Shown: positions 14,076-25,069 of the stretch, in pieces
Layout: each line of letters opens with the position of its first letter
Position numbering within the stretch: position 1 is the first letter of the stretch
Notes under the pieces: generated by a model
What the model saw: the letters and a program-made list of their open reading frames with translations, nothing else
Told to the model about the DNA's origin: nothing
Databases searched by the model: none
Assembly (NCBI GenBank): GCA_964016885.1
Contig: OZ024743.1
Span: 166,408,001 to 166,472,000, forward strand
DNA length: 64,000 nt
DNA from: Eledone cirrhosa
Taxonomy: Eukaryota
Direction: 5' to 3'
Made by a program: the position numbers and the translations under genes

Positions 14076-14184
14076 CTGCATGGCTGAACAAACTGACAAC
14101 GAGATTTATGTACACTGCAGATGTAAAAACTCTTTCCATAATTGGATCCACATTTCGCTCCTGTTTTCAAGTAACATTCTTTTT
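14076..14184 (-). CDS. TTF2: TTF2 coding exon 2, GRF-type zinc finger (KKECYLKTGAKCGSNYGKSFYICSVHKSRCQFVQPC)
   Basis: atatacag| ... |gtaaga, 109 nt, phase 1 to phase 2. Matches recalled human [20 protein letters not shown]..CSFV. Confidence 0.93.
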
Positions 14185-15019
14185 CTGTATATATTATAAA
14201 GTAATAGTTAACATTTTTATTATAAACACTATTAAATAGTATTACCTCTATAAACAACAATCCCGGTACAAAAATTAAAACGGGGGATCATGAACCAAGT
14301 GAAAAGTTTCTTTCACTACTTTTTTAACCTTCTTTAAAAAGGCAAGGTGGTAAATTACCCCTGCTTACATCTTCCCATTTTTTTCCATCACCACAGGTAT
14401 TTTGACTGATTTATTCAACTATTATTCAAGTTATCTGCATTGTGGCAATTATATTTCCAAATGCAAATATATATGTATCAGTATTATATATATGCATGTG
14501 TGTGAATAGAATTTTAACATAAGTACTATAAATTACCTGAAAGACAACCCTTTAAAAGACTTTTTCAAGTAAATATCAGAATTTGCCACTCTATTATCTC
14601 TATACAAGTAGAAATAGGAAAAATAAATATATTTGTCTGTAGGTAAAATGATGGACATTAAATGATGAAATATATTTGTTTTGCAAGGTTTTTGATATGA
14701 AATTGTGTCGAAACAAATATTGTTATACTTGGGGAGGGTCATATTGTAATATTGCCAGAAATAATAACAGAACACACTCACTGTTTGGTTGGTTTTCGCT
14801 TCTGTATCTTTTATATCTCCATAGTTAATTTATTTGGCAATCAATGTTTATCATTGATTGACCAGTGGTTAAAAATACAGATATAAATAAATATATATAG
14901 TCTATCAAAGTTCTTTCGTTGCACATCTGCAACATCATCAGTGGTACTATTATGTTTCCTCCTATTGTATGTCTACGCCATTTTTATTTTAATTAATTAA
15001 TTTATTTTTTCTTGTCTCT

Positions 15020-16735
15020 GTCTCTGCGTGGAATGGAGGAAGTAGAAAACACTACCAGGGTGCTAGGAGAAAAGCTAGGCGACAGGTATATGAGGAACAA
15101 AAACGTGAGGTGTTCAGGATTGCGAGACAGTTTATCAGGGAAAATTGTGATGTTGATGGAGAGAAGTTTGTCCAAGATGATAATGGTGTACTTGCCCTCA
15201 CTGATGCTGAAAAGAAGATAGCATTGAAGTGTCACTATGAAAGACTACTGAATGAGGAGAATGCATGGGAAGAAGATAGTTTGCCCCAAGTAAACCCAAC
15301 AGAGGAATTGGCAGTACAAGTCAGCAGTAGTATACTAAGTAAAGCCTGGACCTTCTGGGACAGTTGCTGAGATGCTGAAAGCATCAGGGATGGTGGGTCA
15401 CACCCTAACCACTTGTATTTTAAACCAAGTATTACAAAATGGTGTCATACCCAATGACTGGTGTAGCATCATCATCGTCAACTGCAACAAGGGCAAAGGA
15501 GATACCCTAAACAGAAGAAACTATAGAAGTATCAAGTTGAAGGTCATGAAGGTCTCGGAAAAAGCTATAGCACAACTAATCAGAGACCAAGTTAACCAAG
15601 ATGAGATGCAGTTTGGATTTGGCCTAGGTAAAAGTACCACTGATGCTTTCTTCCTTGTGAGGCGACTGCAGGAGAAGTACCTAGCTGAAGGTAAACCTCT
15701 ATACTGATGGGCTCTAAGTAAACATGGAGTAGATGAGAAACCATGTATAGAGGAACAGTCAGCAAGGCTAGAATTAACGACTATATTGAAGAATTTAGCG
15801 TGCTGGTAGAAGTACATCAAGGGTCCATTCTGAGCCCTCTTCTGTTTATTATTATGCTGCAGGCTATAACAGAAGAGTTTAAGACTGGCTGCCCATCGGA
15901 GCTTCTGTATGCCGATAATCTAACCGTTATAGGTGAATCTATGGCAGAACTAGAGAAGAAATTCCAAACCTGGAAGCAAGGCCTAGAATCTAAAAATCTT
16001 AAAGTCAATCTGGCAAAGACCAAAGTCCTAGCATGTAGAAAGGATAACAGGGCCCAGATTACCTCAGAGAACGGCCTTGCTAAGTATTCAAGAAAGAAGT
16101 AGAAACTCCATCATATGCTCCAAATGCAAACTATGGGTATACAAGAGATGTAGTGGGATTTTAGGTAGGCTAACAAAGAATGCGTTTTTTATGCGGCCAT
16201 TGCACATGTGCCGTAAGTAGCAATATCCTACAGTATATTAACTCCTTTAAATGCCTAGAGGGTTCGATAGTAGTAGCTGATAGTTTCTGTTACCTGGGCA
16301 ACCAAATTAACAGTGGAGGTGGATGTTCCGAAAGTACTGTAGCTATAGTGAGAATGGGATGGAGAAAGTTAAGGGAGCTACTACTGCTGTTAGCTACAAA
16401 AGGTGTTTCCCTCAAAATGAAGGGCAGATTGTATGATGCGTGTATATGAACAGCAATGTGGCATGGCAGTGAGACCTGGGCGTTGTGTGCAGAGGACCTA
16501 CGAAGATTGGAAAGAAATGCTTCGATGGATGTGTAATAGTAATATACATGAATGGCAAAGTATAAATGAACTGAGAGAGAAACTGAGTATAAAAGGAATC
16601 AGATGCAGTATACAGGAAAGGAGAATGCATTAGTATGGACATGTGATGCATATGAAGTATGACAGCTGTATAAAAAGGTGCAGAGGGCTAATGGAAGCTA
16701 TGGTGTAAGAAGACCTAGGAAGACTTGAGGTGAGA
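15020..16735 (+). mobile_element. Decayed RTE LINE
   Basis: Frameshifted RT motifs (QFGFG.GKSTTD, HQGSILSPLLF, LYADNL). Confidence 0.88.
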
Positions 16736-16789
16736 AAAACTAAGCTTGCAGGTTGAAACATAAATCTTGTATGGCCTAAAGAAAAACTA

Positions 16790-18450
16790 ACCCCCGAATG
16801 ACATCTAGCTGCTTTCTATTTCTCTTTATCTCGGTTGGCGTCAGTAGTCTGGAGAGGCTGGCGAGTTTGTGGTGAAGTGAGATAAGTTTTTCTTTAGGCC
16901 CTTCGACTCTGATTTCTTGGGAGAAAAGCATCACTTCTACCTGCTCAAGCAAGTAGAGAGATGTAGCACTTAGCAAACTTCGGCCGTGTCGACAAAGGCC
17001 AGACAATTCTTCCAGCAGCACTTCAACCACACACAAAATCATCTGTCTCTTCATATAGAAAACACAGAAGCCTTTTTCTTTAAACACTATATTCATTTGT
17101 GAGTGATACCATCAAACTTTATATTTTTATGATTCTAAGTGATGATATTCTTTTTCCTTTTTACTGAAGTGAAGTTATAATATATATCTAACCAAAATTA
17201 TTGTATTTATCGTATTTATCATCCTCTTTCCCAACAATCGTTAACGTCGCTTCATATATATTGCATTATAATGATTGTTCAATGAATTATACTATTATAT
17301 TTTTATACACGGCTTAGACATTATATTTGTAATGTTCTTCTTCACGTAAATCACAATATACGTTATATATATATGCCTCATATACATAGTACGTCTTATA
17401 TATGTTGGCAGTAGCACTAATATAGCGTTATTCATAATTGTTTCTACTTTAGGCACAAGGCCACCAATTACCCAGTGCATTACTGGTACTTTATTTTATC
17501 GACCCCGTAAGGATGAAAGGCAAAGTCAACCTCGGCGGGATTTGAACTCAGATCGTAAAGGGACGTAACTATGCTGGAAAGCATGGGGTCCGACCCTCTA
17601 CCGATACTGCCAATCCACTGCCTATTCATAATAGGGATGCATATGAAAACATATGCGATGTTTATGTACAATAGACGTATGAGGGCTTCGCTATGAAATA
17701 AAAACATTTTCATAGTAAATCTCTTGTTTATTGAACATAAACATATCGTATATGTTTTCATATACACCATTATTATTAACTTATATATTAGTATTGTATT
17801 TTACTAGAAATGTATACAATCTCTTAAATCTCAATGGGCCTCTTTAAGAGTGAGTGTTTAGTTTCAAGTTCATCGCCTGAAGAGAAATCTGTAAGTGCAT
17901 GTCACAGGACTATCACAAGGTGCCTGTAGAGTTCGTCTAGAACCAGCAGGAATGACACGAGTCAGCACATACAGAAGGGAGGAGAAAGGCATCCTTGACG
18001 GACCGAGCACTGAAACAGTTAGTTCGGATAGGTGGCAATTTACTGACCACTGAGCACCTGCTGGTGTACACTGCAACGATCAAGCATCAGTAGAGAGGAC
18101 CGAAACTAGCTGCCTTGGGAACAGCCACTAAGTATCGATGGTCGATTCTATCGAAAGCTTTCAGAGTCCCACCGAAGAGAGGTTTACTCTATGCGCTCTC
18201 TATGATCTATCGCATGAGGTGGAGGCTGTGCATAGATCTGGTTGGGATTGCTCACGTTTGCGCTTACCCCACCAGACACTTGCTGACAAGCCCAACCTTG
18301 TTGCTAGTACCTTGGCCAAAATCTTAAATTCTATGTTGGGTCGAAAATTCTTGATTACTTTCAACTTGTTCGCGTCTTTACTCATCAAGGACTGCGAATT
18401 CTTCCGTTCTGCTGCCTGTTGCAGCTTCGAGGACACGTGCGTGAGTGTTC
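16790..18450 (-). mobile_element. L1/Tx1-clade LINE fragments (17870-18450, probably also 16790-17060)
   Basis: NFRP..EFKILAKVLATRL and KAFDRIDHRYL are L1/Tx1-type RT motifs. Confidence 0.6.
17439..17622 (-). mobile_element. Nin-domain SINE with 10-bp TSD
   Basis: Same family as 5316. TSD tattcataat at 17429 and 17623. Confidence 0.9.
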
Positions 18451-18901
18451 GGTAAAATGATGTAGAGAAATAGCCGAACATATAAATTGTACATGATTTT
18501 TACACTGCCTATTTAATTTTCCGACAGTTTTTGGAGGTTAGATTTGTTGAAAACACACGAAAAAAAAAACTAAGAAAAAGTAGTTTCCCATTGAAGTGTT
18601 TTTTTTTTTTGTTCTTTTTCTGTAATATTGCCAAAGTAACTGCACCCAATAAACATTTCTCTGCATTAAATATTGTATATTTTCAATGTTATTCTCCGTG
18701 TTGATTATTTCAGTAATTTAATTTTAAATATATTCATTGCTATAAATCAAACATAAGATTCACATCATAAACAAATTAATGCAACTATACATAGACAGAT
18801 CAATATGAGAAAAATAAAAAACTGAAGTTGAAAGCGCTATTTAAAAAAAGATGTATCAACTTCAAGTTACATATAAAATTAATTAAAAGTATTATAGAAA
18901 G

Positions 18902-19126
18902 GTAATTTACTATTTTACGTTCGTAAACTAAACGATCTCCGAATGTCAATAAAAAAAAAACTTTATTAAAAGTAATACAATAAACTTTATTAAAATTAAT
19001 ACAAATTACCTACTTTTGCAGCATTTTCAATTGTTATCGGTAATTTGTATTAATTTTAATAAAGTTTATATTTTTCTATTGACATTCGGGAATCGTTTAG
19101 TTTACGAACGTAAAATAGTAAATTAC
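18902..19126. repeat. Inverted repeat (~90-110 bp arms, 28-nt spacer)
   Basis: gtaatttactattttacgttcgtaaactaaacg..aattacc is mirrored by ggtaatt..cgtttagtttacgaacgtaaaatagtaaattac. Confidence 0.9.
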
Positions 19127-19152
19127 TATAGAAATATTTAAAAAAATCTTAC

Positions 19153-19180
19153 TATGGTCAGAACACAAAACTAACTCCAT
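19153..19180 (-). CDS. TTF2: TTF2/lodestar coding exon 1 (MELVLCSDH + 1 nt)
   Basis: Minus strand reads aaaatATGGAGTTAGTTTTGTGTTCTGACCATA|gtaaga. It resembles the human TTF2 start MEEVRCPEHG as I recall it, and its phase-1 donor joins exon 2 in frame. Confidence 0.88.
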
Positions 19181-19430
19181 ATTTTCAGCGGGTTTCTGAT
19201 ATTTGAATTACGCACAAAAGTAAGAGCTTCGTGAAATAACTATTATAGAAATAAACAAAGGGAGATAACGCACAATTTCAGTTGTTTTTTTTTTCGTATT
19301 ACTTTTTCTTTTAGACTTTAAAAAATAATAAACAGGAAGAGAGAATAAAGTGGAGGCGAGTTTTTTTTTTGTTTCGTAAGGCTAGGTTCTTTACCGTAAA
19401 TTTTTCTGTCAGTATACATCCGCAGTTAAA
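19181..19430 (-). promoter_or_regulatory. Probable TTF2 5' UTR and proximal promoter
   Basis: Unique sequence that retains CpGs, immediately upstream of the TTF2 ATG. The TSS cannot be determined from sequence. Confidence 0.5.
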
Positions 19431-19448
19431 ATAAATAGATAAATAAAA

Positions 19449-19786
19449 TAATTGTTTCTACTTTTAGGCACAAGGCCAGCAATTACCCAGTGTATTACTG
19501 AATGAAGAGAGATATTAAAATAAATAAATAAATAAAATAATTGTTTCTACTTTTGGCACAGGCCAGCAAATACCTAGTGTATTACTGGTACTTTATTTTA
19601 TCGACCCCATAAGGATGAGAGGCAAAGTTAACATCGGCGGGATTTGAACTCAGACCGTAAAGGGACGTAACTCTATGCTTCAAAGCATGGTGTCCGACTC
19701 TCTACCGATACTGCCAATAAATAAATAAAATAATTGTTTCTACTTTAGGCACAAGGCCAGCAATACCCAGTGCATTACTGGTACTT
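19449..19786 (-). mobile_element. Tandem Nin-domain SINE cluster (one full copy at 19539-19717, two 3' stubs)
   Basis: ttgtttctacttt..ggcac occurs three times. Confidence 0.88.
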
Positions 19787-19799
19787 GAAGAGAAATATT

Positions 19800-20385
19800 T
19801 ATTTCGTTGAGGGGAACACCAACAGTCCCTGTTGTAACGTGTAATTGGGAGTTGTCGACCATGACCTAACATTCAGCAGTCACATACAAGCACAAGGCAA
19901 ATAGAACTCTGGGTGTTCTAAAGTACACCTTTGCACTGGACAAACAGTCCTTCACACTCCTGTAAAAAAAGCCTGATACGTCCACTCCTTGAGTATGCCT
20001 CCGTTATATGGGCACCCATAGGGCGGTGGATTGGCAGTATCGGTAGAGAGTCGGACACCATGCTTTCCAGCATAGTTACGTCCCTTTACGATCTGAGTTC
20101 AAATCCCGCCGAGGTTGACTTTGCCTTTCATCCTTACGGGGTCGATAAAATAAAGTACCAGTAATGCACTGGGTAATTGCTGGCCTTGTGCCTAAAGTAG
20201 AAACAGTTATATGGGCACCCAAGTTAAAGAGAGACAAGGCCATTATTGAAAATGTGCAGCGAAGAGCAACATGCCTCGTCCATGGGCTCTCTTCACTGCT
20301 CTACAATGAACGTCTTCAGACTATGGGACTCCTGACACAGGAGTACAGGAGACAGAAGGCAGACTTCAAGCTTTTAAAATACTAA
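19800..20385 (+). mobile_element. CR1-clade LINE 3' fragment with a SINE (20019-20205) inserted
   Basis: LIRPLLEYASVIWAP..IENVQRRAT. 16-bp TSD gttatatgggcaccca at 20003 and 20206. Confidence 0.88.
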
Positions 20386-20423
20386 AAAAATTCGTACGGA
20401 GACTGAAGACACCTGAGGTCTCG

Positions 20424-20473
20424 ATGGCGGCTAGTACGAAAAGGAAGCGATCTGTCAAGCCCCAGTATTTTGT
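20424..20473 (+). CDS. Candidate first exon of a divergent gene (MAASTKRKRSVKPQYF)
   Basis: ATGGCGGC start in a CpG-rich patch, a basic NLS-like peptide, and a possible donor |gtacgt followed by T-rich sequence. No second exon found. Confidence 0.25.
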
Positions 20474-21354
20474 GTACGTCTTCAATACATTTTTTCTTTC
20501 CTTCAATAATTTTGAATAATTTGTTTCTTTTAGAAACCATATTCATTGTATATAGTGTTTATATGCGAAATATATTTTTTACAGTTAACTAAAGCACAGG
20601 TATGGCTATGTGGGTAAGGAGTTCTATAGCGACTATTGTATGGTTGATTCTGAGATGAAATGGTGAGGTGCTGTGGTGTTGATTCGGTTGTGTGTACTCG
20701 CTTGGATTGCTTAGTTGTGTGGTCACTGTTATGTAGAATGTATGTGAAAGAAGATTGGTGTGACCAGAGAATGCAGGTGTGCAAGTAAGTGAGTGTTCAT
20801 TATGATGATGATGAATCCTTGGGTAAGTGATTTACCCTGATTACATAGGAAATAAAATATATCAACCACAATAACACAAAGCTGCTATATTATTAATTCA
20901 TTAAATATAACTTTTGTCGAAGTTATATAACAATACATAGATCACAAATAAACACAGATGAATTGTGTGATGTTGTGTATTAGGTATGTGCATGTTTGCT
21001 TGCAAAAGTATTATTAAAAATTTATTTACCAAACTTCTGATATGCAATGAATTGAATTTTCTTGGCCTGTGAGTGACCAAGAGAGAGGGAGTGTGTGTGT
21101 GTGAGAGAGAGAGTGTGTGTGAGAGAGAGAGAGAAAGACAGACTCAAAGGAGTCAGTGTGAGAGACGTGACCCTACATCTTAGGTGGTCAGTAGAAACTC
21201 TGCAACTGGTGATTGACTGGGAGCAGCTTTTTCGTCCCCTTTGATATTATCTCAAATAAACTGGCATTGGCCTCAGTTTCTCCAGACTAAGTGGAGTCAA
21301 TAATCGACACAAAAATGAATATTCTGTTTCCATAGCTGGAATTTGTACTTTACT

Positions 21355-23440
21355 TCTTCCACAGATTCAAGTAGTTATCTGCAACATAAGACTACTTAAA
21401 GCCAAAGAAGCCCACAAAACTGGCAGATCCAGGGCAACCTACAGAATAAAGTGGGAAGCATTGGTGGAAAAGGAAGTCAGGTCCATGTATGAAGATACTA
21501 TTGCTTTCAGAGAACTCCCTGAGCAAACTGAGGAGGTTGAAACAGAGTGGAGATCGTTCAGCTCAGCAGTTTCTACTTCAGCTGTTAAATGCTGTGGGTG
21601 AAAGGGGTTTGGTGTGCCGCCGGATGGCAGAAAGACTCCTTGGTTCAATCAAGAGGTCAAAGATCCCATCCGAGCAAAAGAGACAGCTTACAAAGCTTGG
21701 CTTGGAAATAAGTCCTCCTTCTTGTACTTTGGGGTTAAGCTGGAATCTGACTTCAGATCAGCAAATAAAGTGTTCTGGCAGATTATCCACCGACTTTGTA
21801 ATAAGAAGCCCTCCTCCACACGCATCTTGGGTTCTCTTCTCTTCAGAGAGGTGCATCCTCGTGAGGTGAAGAGAATACTTTAAGGATCTTCTAAACCCGA
21901 TTACAACAGCATCTGCTGATGTACATGAGGTGCATCTGGAAACAGTGACTAATCTCACAGAGGCTGAAGTCACAAGAGCAGTTAAAGAACTCAAATATAG
22001 CAAGGCCACAGGGACAGATGAAATCCAACCTGAGATGTTAAAAGCTTAAATAGAGAAAGTATTCTCTGGTTGACGCGTGTGTGCCAAGTGGCCTGGATCT
22101 CTGGAAAAGCATCTAAGCAATGGCAATCGGGAGTGATAATCCCGATTTTCAAAAAGGGAGACAAGAGATTGTTCCAATTGTTAAACATCCCTGGTAAAGT
22201 CTATGCTGAGTGTCTGACAAAGAGATGTAGGGAGATTGTCGAGTCCATGCTAGCTAATGAATAGTGTGGTTTTCACCACAGATGCAATATAGCTGACCAA
22301 ATATTCACACTGCAGCAGGTCTTTGAGAAATTGTGGTAGTATTGCCAAGAGGTATATTCTTGTTTTATCGAACTTGAAAAGGCATGTGACTATGTTCCTT
22401 GGGACCTGCTGTGAAAGGTTCTGCAGGAGTATGGAATCGATGGTCAGCTTCGTGTTGCTTTGATGTTTCTATACAAATGCCCGAGTATTTGTGTTTCAAT
22501 AAATGGTGCTACATCGAAACCATTCAAGGGTGCGTACTGTCACCTGTCCTGTTTATTATTTACATGAACAGGATTGACATGCGCAGTTGGTTTGAAGTGG
22601 TATCATGACTGGTGGGTGTAAAATTAATCGGCTGGAATTTGCAGACAACATGGTGTTACTTAACTTGACAGGTGATCTCTGACTTGTACTTGATAGGTTT
22701 GATGCCGAGTGTTGCATGGCTGGAATGAAAATCAGTGCTGTGAAAACTGAAACACACGTCCTCTCAAGGAAGCCTGCACAGTGCACTCTACATGTGAGTG
22801 GAATTTGACTGAAGCAGATAAAGAAGTTCAAGTATCTCGAGATCATGTTTATGAGTGATAGAAGGCAGGAGGCTGAATTTAGTGCAAGAATTACAAAAGC
22901 TGGTGCAGTAATGTACCAGCTTCAGCATTCAGCAATCAGAAAAACGGAGGTAGGTGTAAAAGCCAAACTCGCTAGCTTCAATTCAGTATTTATGCCAACC
23001 CTTACCTATGGTCATGAGTCTTGGGTAATGACTGAAAGAATATGATAATGAATACAAGTGGCCAAAATGGGGTTCCATCGAAGGGTCTTTGGACTAATTT
23101 TACTCAATAAAGTGCGTAGTTCGGAGATCAGAGAGTCACTCCAGGTAGAGCTGCTACTTCTCTGAATTGAGAGATCATAGCTCTGATACTATCAGCCTGT
23201 GATTAGAATGTCTTAAGAAAGAATCTCTGGACAGATTTTGTGAGCAAAACCAACCGGCAGGAAACCCAGCGGTAGACCCCCAGTGAGATGGATAACATCC
23301 ATGAGTTTGGTTGGTCTCGCCTGGAGATCCAGTTGGAGACGGTTGCTTCTGACAGGACCTGCTGGAAGGAATGTTTGAAGACTCTGCCCCCATGACCCCA
23401 TGAGAAGAAGAAGGAGAAAGAGGAGGAGAAGAAGAATAAA
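21355..23440 (+). mobile_element. RTE LINE of a second family (Expander-like), (GAA)n-type tail
   Basis: KTPWFNQEVK, WQSGVIIPIFKKGD, QGCVLSPVLF and PTLTYGHESW. Confidence 0.85.
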
Positions 23441-23444
23441 TGAT

Positions 23445-24240
23445 CATGCTGCTGCACCAGTTATTGAGTATGGCCCTGTCCTGTATTATCTGTTTGACAA
23501 TGCTGGTGACTAGTTCAAATCTTACTTCCCCAGATGCTTTCAGCATCTCAGCAATTATTTAGATGGATCTGTGGTTCTGCCAATTTTTTGTCTCCTTGAT
23601 TGTTTCATTGACCCTACAACTGTCAATTCCGATAGCTGATCCCACTATGGGTCAGTTGGGGGTTGTCTCCCTTCCTCCCATTAATTAACCTTTCATAATA
23701 GCATTTCCAGGCCTCTTCCTTTTGTGTATCAGTGATGCCATGTGCACCAGTGCCATTTCAAACATACTTTTCCCAACAATATCCTGATTTACACTGACAC
23801 TGCTTTGCAATGAGGAACACCTCACATCTCTGATCACTATACTGTACGACATTGACCAACTTCCTTCTTTCAGCCTCTTTTTGTGCTATATATACCTGTT
23901 GTCTAGCCTCTCTTTTAGCTACTTGATACCTGTCTCTTCTACTCCATTTTTCCAGTCTTTCCATACCTGTCTCTTGGCTTTAATGGCTTTATTTATTGTG
24001 CTGTTCCACCACTAGTTCACCCCTGCCTGTCTGGTGCTTTGCTCTAGCCACAAGTCTTTTCTATAGTCTGTAGTATGTTATCATGTAGGAATTTCCAATT
24101 TTTCTGTCATATGTCTAACACGTCTTCCTTCTCATATGTGCCTCATGTAAAGCTTTCCTGAATCTACACTTAACAGAAAGTTCCTTTAATCTTCAAACTC
24201 TCCTCCTCCAGATTTTCCTGCATTTCCTGTTCTGTGCAGT
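23445..24240 (-). mobile_element. Decayed RTE LINE fragment
   Basis: YQVAKREARQQVY and EMLKASGE. Confidence 0.75.
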
Positions 24241-24589
24241 CTTCTTTTGTTTTATTTGTACTAACTGCTCTCCTACATGGACTGCATTCTCAGAATTAAT
24301 GAGCCCTCATCTCCCTTAGGCAACCATGTTTTAAATATTTATTCTGAGTGACAGCATTCCCACTGGGGCTACCAAATATGTCATAAGAAACCCTCGTTCA
24401 TTATTCATAGCATAGTTGTGATCTTCAAGGTGAGCTGCCATTGTGAATATTTCAGGGGCAGAATGCTGTACTTGGAAGGTGGTGGCAAGAGGGTGAGAGG
24501 GTGGTTGGCAGTATGGGTTACCAGATTAATGAAACACTACTTTGGAAGTTAAGGTTGCCAGATTCATTGCAACACAATAAAATAATAAA

Positions 24590-24621
<32 letters not shown>

Positions 24622-25069
24622 GTAGTGAGGAAAATTTCTGATCGTGATTTTCCAAAGGCTACGACCACCGGGACACTGACTTGTGACCTCCGAGACATAA
24701 CTTTTGCATATAGAAGAACCATGGTGCCAAATTTAGACAGCTAAGTAGGCAACGATTGTATGAAAGATAGCTGGAGATTTTCGGTCTGGTCCATTCTGCA
24801 GCATTTTGTCTGTTCTATCAGCATGCAAAAAAATTTATGGCTACTACTAGATTTTTGCTATCACACACACACTGTTCTGGAATAAGCCTTGCACTTTTTA
24901 AAGGGATATTATTCTGAAGATATAAAAAGGACTGCACCACATACACAGAGACATTTAACAATTGTATCGCATTGAACATTATTAATTGTATATTTTTGTG
25001 AAGTGAAGTAAAATTAGTTATTAAATCACAGCAGGAAGTTTTTTTCTGCAATATATGTATGACCATGTC

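Noticed and set aside
21345-21400. Apparent acceptor (cttcttccacag) for a + strand exon
   Set aside because: The sequence fits the RTE endonuclease motif STDHxxVICN.
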